A stretch of 64,000 nt of DNA, from assembly GCA_965224025.1 (NCBI GenBank), contig OZ245033.1, positions 3,616,001-3,680,000 on the forward strand, written 5' to 3'. Below the pieces are notes generated by a model, which ran no database searches, was not told the origin of the DNA, and saw nothing but the letters and a program-made list of their open reading frames with translations. Of the stretch, positions 52,701-60,335 are shown piece by piece; within the stretch, counting starts at the first letter, position 1; the number at the start of each line of letters is the position of its first letter. The translations under genes and the position numbers were made by a program. The stretch comes from Candidatus Multivorans sp. GTDB taxonomy: Bacteria; Acidobacteriota; Thermoanaerobaculia; Multivoradales; Multivoraceae.

Positions 52701-53482
52701 CCGCTCCTCCCGAGCCGCCCCCGGCTCCTGAGCCGCCCCCGGGACCGCTGGAGGCGCGCCTTGGGTCCGATGCGGACTGCACTGAAGAGTTGTGCCGCGC
52801 CCACGCGGGCGTACCGGTACTGTTCAACGACGTAAGTTCGGGGATCGTAAGGTCCCGAACGTGGGACTTCGGCGACGCCACGACGTCGAGCAGTCCCCGG
52901 GTCCCCCATTCGTGGGCGGCGCCGGGCTTCTACACGGTCACGTTGACGGTAAGTGACGGCGCGGACCGATCGACGGTGTCCCGAGTCTTCCTGGTCGAAT
53001 CGAGCGAACCCGCAGGGTTCTGCGAAGCGGGCGCCTACACGCAGTGCCTGCGCGACTCGCGATACCACGTCCGCGTCAACTGGTGGAATGACGGCGGCCA
53101 AACCGGTGCCGCCCGCGTGGTCCACGCGGGCACGAACGACTCAGGAGCGTTCTGGTTCTTCGACCAGGACAACTGGGAAGTGCTCATCAAGGTGCTCGAC
53201 GGCTGTGCACGGAATGGACACATCTGGGTCTTCGGCAGCTCAACGACCGATCGTGGATACCGCATCGTCGTCACCGACACGGTGACCGGCACGTTCCGCG
53301 AGTACACGAATGAGCCGGGACACCCGGCCCCGGCCATCACGGATGTCGTCGCGTTCGATTCCGAATGCCGCGGCGCCGGCGCCACCGATGCGCCGCAGGG
53401 CGCGCAGGCCCCGCCCTGGAGAGAGCTACACAACCTGCCCGAGACACCTCGCGAAGAAAGAGAGCGTGAACCATGGAAATGA
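46790..53482 (+). CDS. Giant surface/secreted multidomain kexin-like (S8) serine protease with cadherin-like, Calx-beta, cadherin, Fn3, PPC-like, P-domain, Pro-rich linker, PKD and C-terminal domains
   Basis: Extended signal peptide ending ALPATA-Q. DATLSALSL...VTAED (cadherin-like beta sandwich), two 'E.DETFT' Calx-beta units, NSAPVF/ATDAD/VTDVNE cadherin, two Fn3 units. Catalytic motifs SDDGID, HGSAVAG, GGN, GTSAAAP, plus LTWRDV, GFGLVDA, G.WTL and WDFGD. Confidence 0.9.
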   Translation: MIHQPPARENKSARQRLLTGCGQPWRRLLAFRYAASAAAGSRASVCRAPPARPLRALAPAVLLALSGALALPATAQTVVLVSSFGNDQATANLKVGTSSWAKCFSTGTNSGGYDLTSLELDVKVVPASTAELRVAIYSSTLASGEVVPDSEVVALDIPTLAVGTSTFTVPANTVLAASTVAATASYCVVVGDSAFGGTTLELGRATTGSADSTGLTGWALGSGYQKPLLSLWGLDDGPDKMRVRLNGSAVSTDATLSALSLGTGVTLSRPFASGATTYTASVANSVDEVTVTPTTNHAQATYVYLDASDKALADADINTAGHQVALTVGDTVFKVKVTAEDATTTQTYSVTVTRAAPPRLRPALSIADAAASEGDPMSFGLTLSAAASEDLRVIWVLSIESGDTAATTDLGLSDGIVTITAGQMTGAITYASAEDEIDEPDETFTITLMEVLPSRLALLAADPTAKGTIRDDDPEPTLSVGSTVGNENDGFLTFPVELSAASGKTVTVDWETSTESGDTATYDTDFKADSETLTFIPGDVAGNFTVEVIPDADVENDETFTVTLFNATNAGISDATARGTIIDAGCRLNTGDLWCGVLTVGPISTTQDGFFGATGGLSDATFSVGTASYAIDQVSVANSTSTNPGRLLFSLTGGLTTVQKAKLVLHVDSEQFAFSAALYLGGNHSYRWTGTSLDWSSTSTVTLRLRAANSAPVFADASVAREVEENSVAGTDVGAVVPATDADSGDTLEYSLEGPGAAAFDIDDSLGQIRTVSGQDYNHEARNSYLMSVKASDGIASDTIAVTINVTDVNEKSAKPDKPTLAAVAGSSQRLDSSWTKPDLNGGPDITGYALQYREVATGSWEDFAHTGAGVTATITGLTANTDYQIQVLAKNGETDSDWSDSSDVASTNPAKPPDLTEVYAGEAGLTILWAPVRDDHPAATYDLRYIDLTPTSGESPDAGDPDAWTVVENVWRRPAAGAPLYVLQGLENFHDYLVAVRAVQPGGNQGPWSEQGASVSPAPHPDNASQEDPDARKATELPFDRPVSGFLQDPAPGQAGIGDSDYFRFVLDRRNSAIVCYTTGDVDTAARIVVDGDVDNVTRVVAGGRPKDGRNNFRFAMNESDFSGAFSLRVHTRLDESRDEFGIPIPDSGTPMPGGAYALECKFAPETSSIIDAQNIRFYAETAVSFEAPGDREYLAFDVDGSSDILLYSRGAADTQARVLDERGNVVAFSDDRVLHQQQPKNFAILLETEDLPNGRYVLEVERWPRINPFTRDTETEIAYVVVYPSVAPESGAVEDALPVELGFFGGELGDPRAGTLDSPGDGAIFQFDLDEPNHVFIRALAQLERRWDPSSTRLRMDLLTERGDTVDMHQRHEPFPHDSNKLQESLTSTTFLDAGRYYLRLRYHKDDQVPFIVLAGNPYPLPYFLLALTDPSQIEIFEECSSLGASSSDPLRPCQWHLDAVRVQPAWDAGYRGAGIEVLVSDDGIDDLHEDLKPNLHPSRVYDFGHGGSDAFHGYDAHGSAVAGIVAARDNDLGGRGVAPRANLRVHKLFPSTTIGFITQSLTRDMATVAIMNNSWGQVGPQPHLPQEPLSEALALAIEEGITRGYGGRGVLYVHAGGNNAANAGDANYGPLQTHYGIVVVAATSEDGDPQPYSDIGSNLWVSGPSGNLPPAIYTTDNYNRYTDAFSGTSAAAPVVSGVAALVREANPSLTWRDVKLILASTARKVNPDSSYYNWRQAGRKYDNHSEHYYHSNFFGFGLVDAAAAVELATRWTNLPPFVETAGESAEEVHLGSSKVSESKLTVLAGDVDFTEWVSVEFTIDIDRFRSYAIELVSPSGVRTYLSFGSSVVGIVLPGAGEQLPSEFAKLFDFHPGGITGTVGFGSAAFLGLNPVGQWTLRWERVLKEGQPSDHEDDVLKSWSLTAHGHGRSGSAGGSPGPPTPPEPPPAPEPPAPPEPPAPPEPPPAPEPPAPPEPPPAPEPPPGPLEARLGSDADCTEELCRAHAGVPVLFNDVSSGIVRSRTWDFGDATTSSSPRVPHSWAAPGFYTVTLTVSDGADRSTVSRVFLVESSEPAGFCEAGAYTQCLRDSRYHVRVNWWNDGGQTGAARVVHAGTNDSGAFWFFDQDNWEVLIKVLDGCARNGHIWVFGSSTTDRGYRIVVTDTVTGTFREYTNEPGHPAPAITDVVAFDSECRGAGATDAPQGAQAPPWRELHNLPETPREEREREPWK
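52610..52745 (+). repeat. Imperfect 18-bp tandem repeat encoding (PEPPPA/PEPPAP)n
   Basis: About 7 units such as cccgagccgcccccggct and cctgaaccgcccgctcct between the P-domain and the PKD domain. Confidence 0.9.
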
Positions 53483-54120
53483 CGGCTGGAGCGGGACTAC
53501 CGATTGCGGCTGCCGTAGCGGCGCTTGCCGTGACGCTCCTTGACACGGGTTCCATAGCCCAGGCCCAGGTGTACATCACGGGAAGATCGCAGCAGGTGCC
53601 GGCAGAACCGCCGCGGTACAGCGAACGAATCCGATCCAGGCCGCTCACGAGCCGTGACACCTCCGGGAGTCGGCCTTACGTCTGGCAGGACGGAGGCCGA
53701 ACCAGGACCGCACTTCTCTTGCCGAATCTCGTGCTCCGCAAGGTGAACCCGGCAGCGCCTCGGCAACAAGACGAAGAGGTGGTCCAAAAAAGGGGGAACG
53801 CCCTGATCATCCGCCGCGGAACCAGTGAATCGGCGGACCCGGGAGAACCCGTCTTCCTCTCGCGGGCGGGGACTCTTCTGACCCTTCCCGGCGGTGTTCT
53901 TCTCGTGTTCCACCAACACCTGAGTGGAGCGGCAATAGAAGCTCTCGTGGCCGAGCATGGGATCGCCCCGGAGCGTCTCTCGCCACTCGGCATCACCAAC
54001 GGTTTCCTGCTAGCCACGGATCCGGGGCTGCCATCGCTGGAAACGGCCAACGCTCTGGCGGGCGAGGAGGGTGTGCGGCTGGCAAGCCCGAACTGGTCTT
54101 ACTCCATAACGAATCAGTGA
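53473..54120 (+). CDS. Secreted protein resembling a subtilisin pro-domain / external protease chaperone
   Basis: Overlaps the protease stop. Signal peptide (IAQA-Q) and C-terminal 'PVF...G....LPGGVLLVF...A...L...HG...NGFLL...SLETANAL...GVRLASPNW'. Confidence 0.65.
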   Translation: MEMTAGAGLPIAAAVAALAVTLLDTGSIAQAQVYITGRSQQVPAEPPRYSERIRSRPLTSRDTSGSRPYVWQDGGRTRTALLLPNLVLRKVNPAAPRQQDEEVVQKRGNALIIRRGTSESADPGEPVFLSRAGTLLTLPGGVLLVFHQHLSGAAIEALVAEHGIAPERLSPLGITNGFLLATDPGLPSLETANALAGEEGVRLASPNWSYSITNQ

Positions 54121-54617
54121 AATGCGGACGTGTCGCGCCCAAGCAGTTGCCGGCGGCACTCCTTTCGATACTGCGTCGGGCTTCTGCCCATGTGCCTTCT
54201 GAACGCTCTGTGGAACGTCCGGACGGATCCGAAGCCCACTTCCTCACTGATTTCGTTCGAAGACATGTTTCTTGAAGTGAGTTTCTTGCATGCAACTTCA
54301 ATGCGATGCGCAACCAGCCACTGACGGTAGGTCATCCCAACTCGTTCCCTGAAGTACCGCCTGAAGCTGGATGGGGCCATACAGGCAACGCGCGCCATTT
54401 TCTCGAGGCTGAGCGCTTCTTGAAGATGATCGTCAGCGTGACGCCGCACGCGGCGCAGACGGTCGAAGTACTCAAAGGGATCTGCCCTCCCCCAGCGGCT
54501 GACACCGCTCGCGGCGCAAATCCGCAAAGGCCGCCCCAAGACCGACGTCGTAGTTGCCTCCTGGAGCGGGACGGACGAATCCTCGTTGAATTGCGATGTG
54601 TAGGTCCAGTTGGACAT
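54114..54617 (-). CDS. AraC-family transcriptional regulator (essentially HTH domain only)
   Basis: LSLEKMARVACMAPSSFRRYF..RVGMT...RIE.A...L...ISEEVGF.S..TF.RAF....G.SP..YR. Confidence 0.85.
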   Translation of the reverse strand: MSNWTYTSQFNEDSSVPLQEATTTSVLGRPLRICAASGVSRWGRADPFEYFDRLRRVRRHADDHLQEALSLEKMARVACMAPSSFRRYFRERVGMTYRQWLVAHRIEVACKKLTSRNMSSNEISEEVGFGSVRTFHRAFRRHMGRSPTQYRKECRRQLLGRDTSAFH

Positions 54618-54998
54618 CGACTATGAGGTCGTGGAAGTCTAGACGGCTACAGGCGTTCAAGCGAAGCCCGCCTCAGTGGCAACGAGGAAGGTGTGGGCAG
54701 ACCGCCGTAGTCAGGATTCGCCACCGACACTTCTCGCCGAGGACCTGGGCTCCCGGACAAACACGCCCCAGAATGGCCCTAGAGGCCCCAAGAACACCGT
54801 ATACCGGGTACCATAACACACCATGGACCCACTAACAGTGTGACTTGGCCCGTCCGGCGCCATGCCTGTGTCTCTTGTGGAGGGATCGCTCGGAGACTGA
54901 GCCGCTCATCGCTGGAAGAGTGATCCACCCTCGGCCCTTTGCCGATAGCTTGGTCTTGTACATGAGACCAACGCGATCGGAGGAAGGACTTGCTGAGG

Positions 54999-55782
54999 AT
55001 GGATCAGGTTCATGTTATTCGGCGCCAGGTGCTGAGGGAGGGTCGGAGCCAGCGCTCGGTGGCCCGCGAGCACGGTGTGAGCCGCAACACGGTGCGCAAG
55101 TACCTGGATCAGAGCGAGCCGAGGCGGGTGGAGAGCAAGCCCCGGCGTCGCTGGGTGACACAGTGATCGCGCCCGGTGGGAGGAGGACCAGGAGGCACTG
55201 CGAGAGTTGCCGGCGGCCGGCTTTGAGCCAAGGAAGCTCAAGATCGTGCGGGCGTCGCGGCGGGCGACGGTGCAGTTGGGCGGCGCCACCTACTCGGTTC
55301 CCTCGCGCTGGAAGAGCCTCGAGATCCACGCCCTCGTCGGCGCCAGCGACATCGTCTTCTCCTGTCGCGACGCGGAGTACCGCTGCGACCTTGTGCGGCC
55401 GGGACAGCGCCTGGTGCGTTACGCGCACTACTTCGAGGAGCTGTCTCGGAAACCTCAAGCGGTGCGCCAAGTCGCTCCGGAGCTGCTCGCAGAGCTCGGT
55501 CCGGCGTACCGCAAGCTATGGAGAATGCTGGAGTTGCGGCACGGGGCGCTGGAGACGGCGAGGCTCTTCGCCAAGCTGCTGAGCGTGGTTGTGGACCACG
55601 GCAGCGAGGAGGTCGCCTCCGCTCTCGAGGAAGCCCTGGCCGCCGGCCGCTTCGACCTGCTGGGACTTGTCGAGCGAAGCTCCGCGCCCCGGATGGAGGT
55701 GCCCGAGCCGCTCCGGGGCCACGAGGTCGAGAGCGCCCGAGCCGTCGACTTCGACGTGCTGCTTCAGGAGGCGGCGTCGTGA
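54999..55782 (+). pseudogene. istA: IstA transposase remnant lacking the DDE core
   Basis: N-terminal HTH MDQVHVIRRQVLREGRSQRSVAREHGVSRNTVRKYL stops after about 55 aa. A C-terminal fragment (YSVP...HY...L.RKP.A) follows in another frame. Confidence 0.85.
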
Positions 55783-56531
55783 GCCGGGCCGCGCGCAGAG
55801 CCGTCATCGCCGAGGGCCTCAAGACGCTCAAGATGCCTTCCGTGCTGCGCGACTACGAGCAGCGGGCGCGTCAGGCCCAGGACGCGCAGTGGGACTACGA
55901 GGACTACCTCTGGCAACTGCTCGAGGCCGAGATCCGGGATCGGGAGGCCCGCGCCGTCGAGCGCCGGCCGCGGGCGGCCCGCTTCCCCGACCGCAAGACG
56001 CTCGAGCAGATCGACTTCGAGGCGCTGCAAGGAGTGTCCAAGCCGAAACTGCGCGAGCTGGCGGCCTGCGACTACATCGACCGCGGCGACGATGTCGTCC
56101 TGGTCGGACCCATCGGCACCGGCAAGACGCATCTCGCGATCGCGCTGGGCATCGAGGCCGCGAAGCGCCGCCGCCGGGTCTGGTTCCGCAAGGCCTCCGA
56201 CCTCGTCCGCGACCTGATCGAAGCCCGCGACCAGCGGGAGCTGGGCCGCCTCCAGCAGCGGCTTCAGCGGATCGACCTCCTGATCTGCGACGAGCTCGGC
56301 TTCGTGCCCTTCGACCGCGCCGGCGGCGAGCTGCTCTTCAACGTCTTCGCCGACCGCTACGAGCGCCGCTCGACCATCGTCACCTCCAACCTCGCCTTCT
56401 CCGAATGGGTCCGCGTATTCGGCGACGAGAAGCTCACCACGGCCCTGCTCGACCGCCTCTCCCACCACGCCCACATCCTTGCCACAAAGGGCTCCTCCTA
56501 TCGGACACGGCCGCGGAGAAGCCCCTCGTGA
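55779..56531 (+). CDS. istB: IstB ATPase
   Basis: GTGA overlap with istA, GPIGTGKTHLA, LLICDELGF, RYERRSTIVTSNL.F.EW, ALLDRL.HH, G.SYR. Confidence 0.95.
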   Translation: MSRAARRAVIAEGLKTLKMPSVLRDYEQRARQAQDAQWDYEDYLWQLLEAEIRDREARAVERRPRAARFPDRKTLEQIDFEALQGVSKPKLRELAACDYIDRGDDVVLVGPIGTGKTHLAIALGIEAAKRRRRVWFRKASDLVRDLIEARDQRELGRLQQRLQRIDLLICDELGFVPFDRAGGELLFNVFADRYERRSTIVTSNLAFSEWVRVFGDEKLTTALLDRLSHHAHILATKGSSYRTRPRRSPS

Positions 56532-56820
56532 ATCCGGACCCCACGACGCGCAACCGGACCGCCGCGGCGCCGCCGCCGAGAGCACCGCACCGGCGGCCGG
56601 CTGCGGAAGCTGCCGGCGCCGCGGAAAACGGCGGACCGTTTCCCGCACCGCCTTGGAAAACCGGCAGACCGGTTTCCCACAGCTACCGCGGCCACTACTG
56701 CTACTGACTCAAGGGGGACCGACGAGAGAAGACTCGCGTACACTCAACACGGCCGAGGTGGCTCACCTTTCCGAGCGTTGCCAACACTCTTGGGCCCGGA
56801 CCACTTCGCATAGCTCGTTG

Positions 56821-57360
56821 TTGGAGAAAGAACACAGCCTCGGCAACCGTCGCAGGAGGTGCCTCATTCGCCGTCTCGACAGCAAGGACTACGACATCCT
56901 GAAACTCCTTCAGGAGGATGGCGCTCGGTCCGACGCCGAGTTGGCGCGGCGAGTCAATCTCTCAACGTCGGGTCTGAAGAAGCGACGCCTCAAGCTCGAA
57001 CGCGAGGGGATCATCGAGAAGAAGGTGATCCTCGTGGACCGGAACGCTCTCGGCCTCGGTCTTCAGTGCTTCGTGCATGTGTCCCTGGCTCACCAACGGG
57101 AAGACGCCGACCGGCAGTTCCGGGACGCGATCGAGCGCATGCCCGAAGTCATGGAGTGCCACTTCTTGACGGGCCAACACGACTACCTGCTGAAGGTCGT
57201 CGTGCGGAACTACGCGGATCTTGAGCGGCTCCTGAGCGATCTGACGCGTCCGCCGGTAGAACGCCTTCTGACCAGCATCGTGCTCACTGAGGTCAAGCGA
57301 ACCACCTCGATGCCCCTGGACCTCGCGCAAGGCGAGACTGCTGCGGACACGAACGTCTGA
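56821..57360 (+). CDS. Lrp/AsnC-family regulator, copy 2 (start TTG 56821 or ATT 56866)
   Basis: LDSKDYDILKLLQED, SGLKKR..KLE..G.I, PEVMECHFLTGQHDYLLK. Close paralog of copy 1. Confidence 0.9.
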   Translation: MEKEHSLGNRRRRCLIRRLDSKDYDILKLLQEDGARSDAELARRVNLSTSGLKKRRLKLEREGIIEKKVILVDRNALGLGLQCFVHVSLAHQREDADRQFRDAIERMPEVMECHFLTGQHDYLLKVVVRNYADLERLLSDLTRPPVERLLTSIVLTEVKRTTSMPLDLAQGETAADTNV

Positions 57361-57578
57361 CCGAGCGGCGCACCAAGGCGCCGGGCCGCCCAACCGAAGC
57401 GCGGCTTGACCGTCCACCATGCTGCCGACGCGGCGACGGTGGAGGAGGCCGCACGCCGCGCTGACGTCTCGCCGGTCCGGCCGGTCACCATGTCCCTGGC
57501 CCACCTTCGCGCCCCCGCGACCGTGGCCGGCGTCTTTGCTGCGAACATGGTCGGTCTTGTCCGGTTCTTGCGCTCTCC

Positions 57579-57695
57579 TGACCTTGACTTGGTTTCGCGG
57601 ACACCAGATCCTTTGAAGTAGGAAGGATCGACGAGTGCGGGAATCAAGCCCCCGTACCCCGCTGAGTTCCGGCGCGAGATGGTGGAGCTGTACAA
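57579..57695 (+). mobile_element. IS3-family left-end scar
   Basis: IRL-like TGACCTTGACTTGGTTTCGCGGACACC followed by a reading frame PPYPAEFRREMVELY typical of IS3 OrfA N-termini, then lost. Confidence 0.55.
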
Positions 57696-57979
57696 GCCCC
57701 CGCATTCGTCAGCTTCTGGTGGGGCTGTGCGGCGCCGCCTGACGCCTCCCCAGGCAGAAAGTCCCACGAGCCCGGCGCAACTCGCCTTGAGACCAAGGGA
57801 AACTTTCCTTGAGGCCAAGGGAAAGCGACTTGTGGCCCCGAAATTTCCTCGTATGGCGTCAAATGGCTCCCATTTGCTACGGTATAGGAACATACGGAGA
57901 CATACACATCCCCGAGGCATCCTCAAACCGTCCGACTTGCACACGTGAACCGGCAGCCAACCGAGAAGGACTGACGAAG

Positions 57980-58276
57980 ATGGAAGTGACCGAACGTGAC
58001 CGGGAGACCTCTGGTCTCACCCCTCTCTGCTTCGTTCGCGTCTCCCTGAGGCACCACCAGCGAGATGCCGACGAGCACTTCCGGGCAACGGTCCGAGACC
58101 AGGCGGAAGTTATCGAGTGCCACTTCCTGACGGGCGAGGAGGACTATCTGCTGAAGGTGGCGGTACGCGACTACCAGGATCTCGAACCGATCCTGATCGC
58201 GCTCGCCACATGTCCAGGAGTCGATCGGCTCATAACCAGCATCGTGCTGCGCGAATTGAAGCGAGCGACTCCCTAG
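57980..58276 (+). CDS. Stand-alone Lrp/AsnC ligand-binding (RAM) domain, copy 3, no HTH
   Basis: AAGGA SD then ATG. CFVRVSLRHHQ.DA...F...EVIECHFLTGEEDYLLK...DRLITSIVL.ELKR. Confidence 0.7.
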   Translation: MEVTERDRETSGLTPLCFVRVSLRHHQRDADEHFRATVRDQAEVIECHFLTGEEDYLLKVAVRDYQDLEPILIALATCPGVDRLITSIVLRELKRATP

Positions 58277-58303
58277 TCTCAGCCCCACAACCATTCGGGA
58301 ACT

Positions 58304-58329
58304 GCCGGCGCCTAGGTGCGCGCGCCGGC
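58304..58329. terminator. Possible hairpin between convergent genes
   Basis: GCCGGCGC-N10-GCGCCGGC inverted repeat; no U-tract. Confidence 0.3.
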
Positions 58330-58335
58330 CACGGA

Positions 58336-59532
58336 CTAGTCGAGTTCCGCAGTCGTGAAGCGAACCGCGGCAACCCACGGCTCCTCCCCCGGCGTGAAGT
58401 GACCATACGTGGTGGTCACGAAGGTGCCGTCGGGCAGCAACTCCAGACCCGGATAGCCGGTGTCCGCGGCGTACGTGTTGTCCATCAGCCGCACGCGCAC
58501 CTCGCCGGCCCAGGGCTGTCGTTTGCCGCGGTGCAGATCCTCGTAGCGGCCGAGCCAGCCCACCCAGTCGCCCCGCCACGGGCTGGACGGCGCCTGGTCG
58601 CGGAAGGTCACGAACAGCCGGCCGTCCGGCGTGTAGCGGCCCACGTGCCGGTCGCCGGTGAGCGACGACGGCAGCTCCACCGGCCGGCTCCAGGTGCGGC
58701 CCTCGTCGCGCGAGAAGATGACGAAGGAGTTGAACTGGCGGCTGTTCTCGCGCAGCAGCACCGCGATCTCGCGGCCGTCGGGCGACCGGATGAGTCCCGG
58801 CTCGCACAGGTGCGCCTCGGGGTGCGCCGCGATGACCTCCGGCTCCGACCAGGTCAATCCATCGTCGAGCGAGATCGTCTTGTAGACCTTGAAGTCCGGT
58901 TCGAAACCGGGGATCCGCTCGTAGCGCGAAGTCGCCCGGCGCAGGAAGCGGCCGTCGTCGTGGAACAGGGCCATCAACTCGCCGTCCACACTCCGGAGCC
59001 GCTCGACGGACGACATCGCGACAACGCCCCCGAAGTGGCCGATCGGCTCGAGTTCGGTCCATGTCCGGCCCTCGTCTTCCGACCGAGCCATCCGTATCGG
59101 GTAGAGCCCGGAAAACATGATCAACCGACGGCGTCCGTCCGGCAGGTCGACGGGAAAAACCGTCGGCGTCTCCATCGACGTAGCCCAGCTTGCCGGCGTC
59201 GGCAGACGCTCGCTCCAGGTGAGCCCGCCGTCGGTGCTGCGCTTCATCACGATCGCACCGGCGCCGTGGCCCTTGGGGTAGACCGTCAGGATCGAGCGTT
59301 GATCCGAGAGCAACACCGTCGTCGGATGACCCAGGTACTGCCCCGGCTCCCGGTCGACCACGACTTGGCGATGGGTCTCGTGCGCCCAGTCGACCCAGCG
59401 GAGCTGCGCGTCACCGGCGCCACGGCAGCCGACAACCGAGGTCAGAACGAGCGCCACGAGCGCGAGAGACTCCCACAGCCCGCGCGCCGCCTTCATGACC
59501 CGCGTCCCAAGTGTCATCCCCGCGCCCGTCAT
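58336..59532 (-). CDS. BNR/Asp-box sialidase-like lipoprotein
   Basis: ATGA overlap with the upstream gene (alternative start 59496), lipobox VVGC, four Asp boxes ([32 protein letters not shown]), DTGYP. Confidence 0.88.
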   Translation of the reverse strand: MTGAGMTLGTRVMKAARGLWESLALVALVLTSVVGCRGAGDAQLRWVDWAHETHRQVVVDREPGQYLGHPTTVLLSDQRSILTVYPKGHGAGAIVMKRSTDGGLTWSERLPTPASWATSMETPTVFPVDLPDGRRRLIMFSGLYPIRMARSEDEGRTWTELEPIGHFGGVVAMSSVERLRSVDGELMALFHDDGRFLRRATSRYERIPGFEPDFKVYKTISLDDGLTWSEPEVIAAHPEAHLCEPGLIRSPDGREIAVLLRENSRQFNSFVIFSRDEGRTWSRPVELPSSLTGDRHVGRYTPDGRLFVTFRDQAPSSPWRGDWVGWLGRYEDLHRGKRQPWAGEVRVRLMDNTYAADTGYPGLELLPDGTFVTTTYGHFTPGEEPWVAAVRFTTAELD

Positions 59533-60293
59533 CGGACGCGGGGACTGTGTCGCGCGTGGCGCGCATGCGCGCCACGCAGGTTCTTCAGCGCTTCCCGGCG
59601 GCTCAACGGACTCAAGCGACCCTCGTGCGCGCGGACGAACCGGCGCACCTCGTCGGGGTCGTGCCACGCCAGGTCGCGCAGCGCCCAGCCGATCGCCTTG
59701 CGGATGAAGAACTCGCCGCCGAAGCGCGACCCGAGCAGGTTTTCGCCGATCGTCGCGTACAGGAGTTCCAGATCCGTGTCGCCCTTGCGGCCGAGCTGGC
59801 AGATCATCGAGGAGCGGCGCTTCCAGAGGTCGCCGCAGCGGCTCCAGATCCGCATCCGCCGCGCCATCGTCTTCGGATAACGCTCGACCAGTTCCCGCAA
59901 CCTGTGACTCGCGACGGCGTCGACGAAGTCCCACCAGGCGCCGGAGACGATCATCTCCTCGAAGACGGGCAGCGCCTTCATGGTGCGAAGGGGCTGGTAT
60001 GCCCGGTAGCCGCTGAGATCGATCGCGGCGTGCCGCTCTTCGCGGCGGCCGGCCGTGCGCCACAGAGTGAGGACAGTCGACCGCCACTCCTCGAAGCCGT
60101 CCAGCGAGTACCTTCGGAACAGCGCCCGGCCGATCTTCCGCAGCTCCGGCGTCTTCACGCCCCAGAACGGCATGGCGGACTTCATGTACGCCTGCTGCCC
60201 CTGCGCGCGGACGGGGTCGCCGGCCGCCGCCAGCTCGCGCCGAAGTTCCAGAATCAGCTTCCGACCCGCCGGCGGGGGCCCCAGTTCCTCCAT
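59529..60293 (-). CDS. DNA alkylation repair protein (AlkD-like HEAT-repeat glycosylase)
   Basis: [46 protein letters not shown]. Confidence 0.92.
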   Translation of the reverse strand: MEELGPPPAGRKLILELRRELAAAGDPVRAQGQQAYMKSAMPFWGVKTPELRKIGRALFRRYSLDGFEEWRSTVLTLWRTAGRREERHAAIDLSGYRAYQPLRTMKALPVFEEMIVSGAWWDFVDAVASHRLRELVERYPKTMARRMRIWSRCGDLWKRRSSMICQLGRKGDTDLELLYATIGENLLGSRFGGEFFIRKAIGWALRDLAWHDPDEVRRFVRAHEGRLSPLSRREALKNLRGAHARHARHSPRVR

Positions 60294-60335
60294 CCCGGCG
60301 AATCTAGCAGCGAGCGCGGCGCTATCCTTGGCGCC

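Larger units (their letters stand above)
54878..56786 (+). mobile_element. IS21-family element, internally deleted, with 6-bp target-site duplication
   Basis: Left end TGGAGGGATCGCTCGGAGACTGAGCC matches the reverse complement of the right end TGTTGGCAACGCTCGGAAAGGTGAGCC. TG...CA termini. CTCTTG direct repeats at 54872-54877 and 56787-56792. Contains istA/istB. Confidence 0.9.

Noticed and set aside
52610-52745. CRISPR-like or regulatory repeat array
   Set aside because: No spacers; it is a coding Pro-rich linker.
57406-57621. 71-aa ORF after Lrp copy 2
   Set aside because: No recognisable motif and its 3' end runs into the IS3 scar; possibly debris.
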